NCBI GenBank assembly: GCA_963693365.1
Contig: CAVNZM010000002.1
Location: forward strand, 12,456,328-12,520,327
DNA from: Amoebidium appalachense
Lineage: Eukaryota > Protista > Ichthyosporea
Direction: 5' to 3'
Length of the DNA: 64,000 nt
Part shown: piece after piece, positions 31,199 to 40,642 of the stretch
Layout: each line of letters starts with the position of its first letter
How positions within the stretch are numbered: position 1 is the stretch's first letter
Made by a program: the position numbers and the translations under genes
Notes under the pieces: generated by a model
Told to the model about the DNA's origin: nothing
What the model saw: only the letters and a program-made list of their open reading frames with translations
Databases searched by the model: none

Positions 31199-32221
31199 TT
31201 ACCTCTGATGCCAGACACTCACACAAACGCTAAAACGAAAACCAAAGAGAAAGCAAGAGCAAACCGTAAGGCACCAACTAATCAGACTGGAATACCCCGG
31301 GATGATGTATGGCGCAGGCAAATTGATGACAATGGTGACGGTGGAGGTGTTCACCCCGTCTACCGCCTGGACCGCAATTTTGCTGATGGCCGCCTGCAGG
31401 TCTGCCTCGGGGTAGTTGACGGATATCGTGGCGGATATGGTCCCCAGCCTATCCATTTGGATGCGTAGTTTGGTCACCGCGTTGGCTTCGCGGTCTACCC
31501 CCTTGCGTAGTGTCTTGTTTTGTGAAGCATTGTCTACTCGTTCCGTCATCCACACTTGGACGTCTGCCAAATATTTCACGAAAATGTTATCTGTTCTGTC
31601 GATCGACACACCACAGTTTCCCAACCTGTCAAACATCACCGAGAAGGAAAGGTATGCACGGCATGTATCACCTTTAATAGAAAAATAGTAAGCGGACATT
31701 TTTGCGCTGGGGCTGTTACCTCCATCCTGCGAGTATTTGCAGTTGGCAAAAGCCACGTCCACCAAGTATCGAGTCTCGTGCCAGTATCCAAGGTCGGCCT
31801 GCACGTTGACCTTGTTGTTGAGGATGTTTGGGTTGATGAGGCTGATGGAGAAGTTGGCCTGCGCTGCCCGTGGTGTTGCGAGGGTGCACGTGGTGGGTGT
31901 TGTGCGGTGGCATATGCTGAGACCCATAACCTGCAGGTTTACTCCCTGCACGGTGGAGGCAATCACATCACTGACGTTTGCGCTAGGGAGAAGCGTGGTT
32001 AACGTAGAGCCAGCGCCCTTGAGTGTCAGGTTCTTGTTGACAATTATGGGCGAATAAACGGAGAAAATACCCGATGAAAAAGCGATTGTGTCTCCTGGTG
32101 ACGCGGATGCAATAGCGAGGGTTAGATTGCTCGTAGGCGTGACAGAAATCGTCGCCGCTCTAACGAGAGAAAACAACAGGGCAAACCCTGCTGCCAATAA
32201 AATTATTGAACGAATTGCCAT
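31199..32221 (-). CDS. Truncated duplicate of the membrane glycoprotein gene (N-terminal ~311 aa) fused to ~29 element-derived residues
   Basis: 31288-33992 duplicates 24094-26799 (offset 7194). Differences seen by eye: two substitutions and one 1-bp indel. The frame runs into the A fragment and ends SLISWCLTVCSCFLFGFRFSVCVSVWHQR. Expression unknown. Confidence 0.7.
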   Translation of the reverse strand: MAIRSIILLAAGFALLFSLVRAATISVTPTSNLTLAIASASPGDTIAFSSGIFSVYSPIIVNKNLTLKGAGSTLTTLLPSANVSDVIASTVQGVNLQVMGLSICHRTTPTTCTLATPRAAQANFSISLINPNILNNKVNVQADLGYWHETRYLVDVAFANCKYSQDGGNSPSAKMSAYYFSIKGDTCRAYLSFSVMFDRLGNCGVSIDRTDNIFVKYLADVQVWMTERVDNASQNKTLRKGVDREANAVTKLRIQMDRLGTISATISVNYPEADLQAAISKIAVQAVDGVNTSTVTIVINLPAPYIIPGYSSLISWCLTVCSCFLFGFRFSVCVSVWHQR

Positions 32222-33211
32222 TATGATAGTTTGTGCATTTAATATGTTCGTGTCCACATGTATCTATGCGTGTTTCACAAGCGCTATACTAACATTTACA
32301 GTGAAACATGTATGAAGCTTTGACTACACCTGTACCGTGTGACGTGTTCGAAGATATCTAGACTTTTAAACTACATAGTTTGTTTAAACTTTCAGATGAT
32401 GTGTATGCCAGCTGCAGCATGCATTGATTTTGGATGACCATGCATTTGAGACTAATGTAAGTGAGTGCACACGGTCATATAATGGTGCACGTTTTTTCTA
32501 TAAAGGGGTTCAAAAAAAGCTAGCAGTTGTGGACGTAGGCGAGGAACTTGCAGTATACGATTCAGTTCTACAGGTTGTAGACCGGGGATGTAAAATTGAA
32601 GTTGCTCTATGATAATGTGTTACATACACCCTGGTGATGTGCATTCAGTTACTTTTTTGGCTGACAGTGCCGGTGCACGTATGTCACTGTAATCCGGACC
32701 CACTAATAGTAGTGACTCTGTATCCCTCTCGGCCTTATATTTCCGAGTGAGACTCAACACGGGGCTTATATTAAAGCTTGAATAACTCATATTATAGTGG
32801 TGACTGGTGAGTGTGATACGTACATGCATGTTTTGTTGGTGCACCAGTCGAACCCATGTGAAAATGTGAGCTGGTTGCTTGCCAGGTCACTGAGTGTGAC
32901 ATTGTGCCACGGGCCGGGCCGTGCCACAGTGCTACTGACTGTAGCACTGCTTTTGTTGGGCCGTAATCGTGGGAGGTCTCTAGATCTGCTCTCTCTTGAT
33001 CAACTGCCATAAATATACTGCACGCATCAACAGTACGTACACAAATGCATGTGATTTCCAAGTTTCCTGGAAAGGCTTATAAATTAACCTTAATCACCTT
33101 AAAGAAAATGCTGCGGTTTTTTCTAAGAGTTTCCTTTTTCAACCGTTTCAAGCAATATCCATTTGTGGTCACGTACAGGCGATCATGCCCTCATCATCAC
33201 GAACACTATAA

Positions 33212-33992
33212 ATGCCGGAGGCAAGACTTCCCCTCACTCCCGTCGTGGCTCCCCGAGGTGACCGAGACAAAGAGAAGCAGAAATGCAAGTCAGTGAGGAA
33301 TTTTATTATTGATTTTAGCCCTAATAAATAATATCAGTATCTGATCAGAAAACCCCCAAAACCCCCGGATAAACCCCCTAAACCCCAGAACACTGTGTGT
33401 GTGTGCACACGTGTGTGTGTGTGTATGTGTGTGTGTTTGTGTGTGTATGATAGGCTATTGAAGGAACAGCACTTCCAGCACACAATGGCCGAAAGAACCC
33501 CTTCATCTATCCAAGGGTGGGAGGGAGGGAAGAGAAAGCAAGAGCAAACCGTAAGGCACCAACTAATCAGACTGAGGTCTCAGCTTCTGCCCCTTTACAC
33601 AAGGTGCCACCAAACCAAGAAAACACCCAAACAGCCTAATTATTACCTTATCACGTTGCTCCCTCCCCTTTTTTCTTTTCACCTACACACTAGCTCTAAA
33701 AACAAGAACTGAACGAACGACGCCCACAGCCAGCTCTACAAAGCTGGTGCGCGGCTCACTCACATTTTTAGAACAGTGGAAAAGCCACCAATCATATCAC
33801 CTATCTACTGATAACTACGGATCACTTCATAACTATACCTGATCTATATCCAATCACTAAAGATACATACGACTGAGCTTAACATTCTACCCGTTAGGGC
33901 CAATCAGCTTGCACCGCTATGTAGCCGTTACCGCCGACTGACCGAACACGTGTCATCTCTCACCGCTGCCTCCTCCCGCTCGAGAACAACAT
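33212..33992 (-). repeat. Second A-spacer-B unit of the YR element
   Basis: Copy of 26018-26799, followed by unrelated host sequence AGATTGAAC after the AT core. Confidence 0.95.
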
Positions 33993-34535
33993 AGATTGAA
34001 CACTTGGAATTTATCCAAGCATTCCAGCGAATAAATTACGGTTCGGGCTGACCCAATCGATTGAAAGAGGGTGCGTGCAGCTGGCAGCGTGAAGCTCACA
34101 TGTGCAATGACATTTCGAATAATCATTATGCTATGCTGATAGGGGACCCCAATAAATAAATAAATGAACAAATAAAGGAAAGAAGAAAAGAAAGAAGTAG
34201 GAAGTCTTTTCAATAAACTTCCTATAGTATTACGAGAAAACAGCAACCACAAACCGCGCGCGTGTTTGCCAATGGTACCTGCAGCTCGCGTGACCGTGCT
34301 ACCGTGGCCATGAAGTCAGTCACGTGTGTTATAAATATAAGACCTTTATTTTGCATCATATTCCCTTACTACTCATATTCCCTTACTACTCTCTCTCACC
34401 CTGTTACATAAGACATCAATAGACCCTCAGTCGAATGTTAAAACTGAGTAGAGCTACTTAGAAGACGTGACTTCGATGCCGTGCTTACAAATAATAACGA
34501 AGCCCCCCGAGGCCCTGGAGTCCAATGTTTCTCCG

Positions 34536-34828
<293 letters not shown>

Positions 34829-34996
34829 CGAATATTTCTGCTAAAAGCAGGATGATTGTGCTTTTTCGCAATATTTCTGCCAAAAGCAGAATATTTCTGC
34901 TAAAAGCAGAATAATTCTGTTTTGGGGGGATATTTCAGTAGAGTGATTCTGTTACTGCGGAATAATTCTGATTTTGCAGAATATTTCTGCTTTCTG
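34829..34996. repeat. Array of near-palindromic GCAGAATATTTCTGC motifs, ~20-nt period
   Basis: About 8 imperfect copies, e.g. GCAGAATATTTCTGC at ~34886 and ~34976. Confidence 0.7.
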
Positions 34997-35025
34997 ACTC
35001 TGCCGATGTAGTTGGGCCCTTCAGA

Positions 35026-35095
<70 letters not shown>

Positions 35096-35157
35096 CCCTC
35101 TCATACGAGGATCTCTCTCACTCTCTCGGCTCTCACTCTCTCGGCTCTCTCTCTCGA

Positions 35158-35194
<37 letters not shown>

Positions 35195-35487
35195 GCCCCT
35201 CTCCCCCCCCCCCCCCCCCCCCCTTCTCTCTCGTTCCCCCCTAAACCTCTCCCCCTCTCGCTCTCTCTCCCTTTCTCTCGCTCTCTTTCTCTCGAACTCC
35301 TCCCTTCTTCCTCTGTCTCTCTCTCCTCACTGGTTGAAGTAATGTTATTACGATAAACTACCTCAATATCTCGAAAATTGGTCGAAAATATGATAGGCCG
35401 CTCGGGTATAGATGTGGCAACATGGCCTTGAACTGCAAGCAGTATACCCCCCCTCCTTCCCCCCTCCCCCCTCCCATTTCTCCCCCT

Positions 35488-35557
<70 letters not shown>

Positions 35558-35810
35558 CTATACACACACTCGAGGCTCCCTGGGCCAGCTGCCTGCCTAC
35601 AGAACGCTTGCCGTCGTGATGTATAGCTCATACTCATTGGGTTTTCATCCCCCCATCCCCCCCCCCCCCGCCCTCCTCCTCCTCCTCCTCCTCCTCCTTC
35701 TCCCCCTCCAACTCCACTCCACCCCCGTAGAAAGCGTGTCACAGCGTGTCACAGCATGTCACACCTCGTACGAAACCGGACTCAGGAGGCTTCAGCTGCC
35801 AAATTTGGGC

Positions 35811-35841
<31 letters not shown>

Positions 35842-35972
35842 CGGGGTGAAGGAGGGATGGAGGAGGGGGGACGGGAGGCCGTGTGTTGGGGGGAAGCGGG
35901 GGGGGGGGGGGGGGGGGGAGATACCGTGCCCCGTGCAATAGGTGTGATGGTTCTATTTGTGTGTCTGTGTCT

Positions 35973-36021
<49 letters not shown>

Positions 36022-36055
36022 TGTGTTGGTGGTGCAGGTGGTGGTGGTCGGGGGT

Positions 36056-36090
<35 letters not shown>

Positions 36091-36808
36091 TCTTGTTTCT
36101 GAGGTCGTCCCTCCCTTCCCCCTCACCGTGCTATCTATCTCCCAGGGCCTCACACAGCCCACACTTCCCCCCTCCTGTACACCTCCTCCTCGCACACAGA
36201 CACATTCCTATCCTTACAAACAATTGCGCCGGAAGTACGAGTGTCTCTCTCTCTCCGTTGGGCTCGGTCACATTTTTCTGGTGTCCAGTTTTTTGTATCG
36301 ATATTCCCAGAATGCATAAACCATATCAAGGTTCCTGAGCCCATAAATTTCCAGCAAAACACCGCCATCGTAGCATTATGATAGGTGCCAACTTCCCCTA
36401 ACCCCAGAAAGGCTGGGCTACCACACACAACCTCGGCCCCGCATAAACACCCAAGTGCACAAGGTAGTGACCTCATGAGTATAATACATGCGCGGACCGG
36501 TATGTTATGACCCCCTTAATGAATGAACTTCAAAAACAAGCCTCCGAATAATGCCGTTAGACCTTATCAAGGATAATGTTGTGTATGATCGGTCTGACTA
36601 TTTTTGTAAGAGACTGTAAGGCTTCATGTGACCCACTTAAAGACCGCCGCGATGTTTGCCCCGGGGACAAAGCTTTCTTAGGTTGTTGCATGAGCGCTAG
36701 TTGAATCAAAAAAACTGGTGCTTTGACCTCTTTTTCCACACTGTACCTTAGGCTAGCTCTATTAGCACCACTGTCATCATCTGAGGCTGTATCCTCCACA
36801 CACGGGAG

Positions 36809-36830
36809 CACACACACACACGCGCGCGCG

Positions 36831-36912
<82 letters not shown>

Positions 36913-36915
36913 GTG

Positions 36916-36954
<39 letters not shown>

Positions 36955-36970
36955 CACGCGTACGCACACG

Positions 36971-37033
<63 letters not shown>

Positions 37034-37035
37034 CA
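36809..37035. repeat. (CA)n/(CG)n microsatellite
   Basis: Directly visible. Confidence 0.9.
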
Positions 37036-37735
37036 CAAAAATATACACATACAGAAGCATACTGATCAATACACACTCACCTGGTCATAGAATTCACTTT
37101 GTTGGAAAAAAGAACGAGGAGGGAGATGGGGAGGGGGGAGGGGGGGGGGGGGGGGGGGGGTATAGGAGTTATGTCGGGTGCATCGTAACTTAAGCAACCG
37201 TTTGTCACCGGCCACGACTCTAGAAAATAGGGCCCATATGGCAGTACCATACGCGTAATCATTACTAGCAATATGTACTATGGTGCAAGTCAGGATTGGA
37301 TTAAATGAGATGCAGGAGGAAGGAGAATGAAATGAAAAGGCCACGAACGGAGAGCAGTGGGGAATGAAGTTTGTGGGGGGGGGGGGGGGGGGAGGGGAAG
37401 GCAGAGGGGAGAAGTTTAGGCTAGCCGAACTTTATCGGCTTAAATGGCTGTTGTAGTCAACGTGATTTGTGATCTTCGGAAGCTCGGCCTGTGGGCGGGT
37501 ACCAAATAATAGTTGGAGGGTCACTGGGACGGGGGGGGGAACACAATTAAGGGGCGGGTAGGCGCGTGGGGAAGAATAGGGAGAGGAGGAGGGGCAGGTC
37601 TGGGGGGGAAGGAGAGGGGTGGAGGGGGGGGGGGGGATGGGGAATGGGGGGTTAATGGTGGGGCGGGGTATGGGATTGGGAAGAGAAAAAGGGGGGGGGT
37701 GGGGGGGGGGTTAAGGTTCCTTTGTTTTCGTGGAG

Positions 37736-37800
<65 letters not shown>

Positions 37801-37817
37801 ACACTGTGTGTGTGTGT

Positions 37818-37852
<35 letters not shown>

Positions 37853-37894
37853 GGGAGGAGAGGGCAGCTTCGGGATGTTATTTTTATTTATTTT

Positions 37895-37925
<31 letters not shown>

Positions 37926-39342
37926 GGGGGTATGTATTGAGTAGGTCACGGTGGCACAATCTTTGATATTCAGCTAAATCATTGTTAGAAATTCGGAAAG
38001 TGAAGGTTTAGCCAGTTAGTAGATATTGGTGCTTGATTGTGTATTTTTGAGTGCAGGTATTTGTTCCTTCCTTGCCCCCAAGATTTGGCAGTCCTCTACC
38101 ACAACAGCCTTCCCCAATCCTCCCCCCTCCCCCCCTCCCCCCCCCTCTCTGTTATTTTGTGTGGGTAAACGGAGAAGCAGAGAGCACAGATGGGTGTTAT
38201 GTAAAACACAACACAAAGACACACGGGAAAAACACAACCGGAGAGGAGGAACGATTTCTGGAACCATAGGAAGTGAATACGACTGCTTATGATTTATTTC
38301 AAGATGAGGTCCCTTTTATACTTGGGAATGTGAAACGATAAACCAATCAAAAGAATGAAAACTATGAGTGTAAAATATATCGAATAAAATGTCTGTCGAC
38401 ATTTAGAATATAAAACTCAATCCTCTGAAAGAAACTTCTAATAAAAGCACGGAAACATTTAATAAAATGAAACCACTTATGTAACTATTAATTCATAACA
38501 TATATTTATACATGTTCTTATCATAACACGTCTAAATATAATTTTTTCCTAATAGTTGAAGAACATAGCACAATGCTACGTCGTGGGAAAGGAATGAGAA
38601 AGGAATGTAAGTTACTATATTTGGGAAAATACAAACGAGATATGATTGGATGACATATATAGATTTTGACGCAAACGACAATACGTGTGCGCGAGCTAAG
38701 TATGTCGATACGTACACAGATCTAAGATGTCGTGTACACGGAAACGGAAAAGAAAGAAAGAAATGAAGAAAGGAAAAGGAAACAAACTACAACAACTAAT
38801 AAATAAATACCAAACTCAACTTCTAAGTCTTGCTGAGAATTAAGTGAAGATGACATCCCCACTCAAGGGTTGGAAGTTGGGTTCTCGTGAAGTTTGTTGA
38901 TGTGACTGTTGATGTTAAGACTTTCACACATGTAGAAGTAGGTGCCGTGAAGTCACAGTCAAGTTTCCCCACTCGAGAAGACAATGGAGAAGACTTGAAG
39001 GTGCAAGCCGGGGAAGAAAACCAAAACGGAAGAAGCACACAACGACGGTTGCCTCTGAAGACTCGGAAGATGACGGTAGCCAATGACGTGATATATAAAT
39101 ATATATAGAAGAAACAACTAGTGTATGTGTGACGTGTTGGTGGCTAATGATAAATACATTATATATATGGTGGTATATAAATAAACGACGGATGGTGGAG
39201 AAGAAATCCCCACTGAAGATGCACACACTGAAGATCGATGAAGACAGCAGTAGACTTTCGTTGGGAGGTGTCTCTACACGGTGATGTGTAGACCACTGGC
39301 CAGGGCCCCAACCTACTTGAAGACCACTGTACTAGTAGATGA

Positions 39343-39398
<56 letters not shown>

Positions 39399-39399
39399 C

Positions 39400-40545
39400 T
39401 CAGTCACGAAGACTGAGTGAATCACGGTGCTGCTCGTGGGAGGGCCCGGGCAGGGGCTTGGTGAAGATGTCAGCCACGTTGTCTTTGCTGGACACGTAGG
39501 TGACGACCACATCCCCACTCTTGATGTAGTCCTTCGTGTTGTGGTAACGGACTGCAATGTGTTTGGTCCGGTGCTTGATGCTGTTGGTGTGCAGGAGGGC
39601 AATGGTGGACTGGTTGTCACAGTAGACGGGGGTGGGGTCGGTCATCGGGTAGCCGAGTTCACGGAGGAGATCACGGTGCCAGATGACGTTTTGAACAGCA
39701 GCATTGATGGCCAGAAGCTCAGCCTCGGTGGTGGATGTTGCCGTGATGGACTGCAGCTTCGAATACCATGTGATGGGTATGCCCTTGAAGAAGATGACGT
39801 ATCCGGTGGTTGAACGACGGGTGTTGGGGCAGTTGGCAAAGTCAGCATCAGAATAACACTCCAGCAAGGGGGTGTTGTCGTCGGAAGCAGACTTGTCGTA
39901 GTGAAGGCCGAGGTTGGAAGTGCCGATGAGGTACCGAACTACACGGAGTAGACATTCCCATGCAAGTTTGGTGGGGTTGGCACTGAATCTACCGAGGTAG
40001 CCGATGGCAAAGGAGATGTCGGGCCGGGAACAACGAGCAACCCACAAAAGACGGCCGAGTAGTTCACGGTAGGGAACCTTGATGGGTGGTGAGTCGTTCT
40101 CGTTGATGGTGATGACGGTGCCGACGGGAATGGGAGTAGCCTTGGGGTGAGCATCGTTGAGGTTGAAGTCTCTGACGATGTCGTTGATGTAGGATTGCTG
40201 AAGCAGCTTGAGGTGACCGGGGGTGTGGATGAGCTGGGTGCCAAGGAAGATGTCGGGAAGGTCAACCTTGCAGAGAGCTGACTTCATGATGTGGTCTACT
40301 AGATCCTTGGTGTGGGAGGAGTTGGCCGTGCAGATGATGATGACGTCGTCCACATAGTTGCCAGTGAGGATGATGTCACCGTTGGGGAAGGTCTTGATGT
40401 AGACACATGGATCTGAACGGAGACGTTCGAGACCGTGAGCAAGGAGGACCTTGTCGAAGTACTCATACCAGGCCAGTGATGCTTGCTTGAGCCCGTAGAG
40501 TGCCTTCTTAAGTTTCCAGACCTTGTGTTCGTTGCCGGGGGTGAT
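39400..40545 (-). pseudogene. pol: Copia RT (C-terminal part) and RNase H, N-terminal RT deleted
   Basis: LKKALYGLKQA, YVDD, YSDADFA, TEAE, CDNQS and ADIFTK are present. The upstream YGVDY and DxSTAFL motifs seen in families B and C are absent. Confidence 0.85.
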
Positions 40546-40642
40546 GGGAAGCCAGGAATAGGACCGGTGGTGAGGGGGGCATCGGTGTCCACAGGGCTGC
40601 TCGTGGCCGAGTGGAAGGTGGGGGACCCAGGACGAACCGGAG

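Larger units (their letters stand above)
26018..33992 (-). mobile_element. Tyrosine-recombinase retrotransposon (DIRS order, split direct repeats) carrying duplicated host DNA
   Basis: Minus-strand order: A(33992-33530), spacer, B(33514-33212), host copy (33211-31288), 45-bp A fragment (31289-31245), leader, ORF, B1(27101-26798), A2(26799-26337), spacer, B2(26321-26018). Both outer junctions and the B1/A2 junction share the dinucleotide AT; no longer TSD. Confidence 0.9.
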
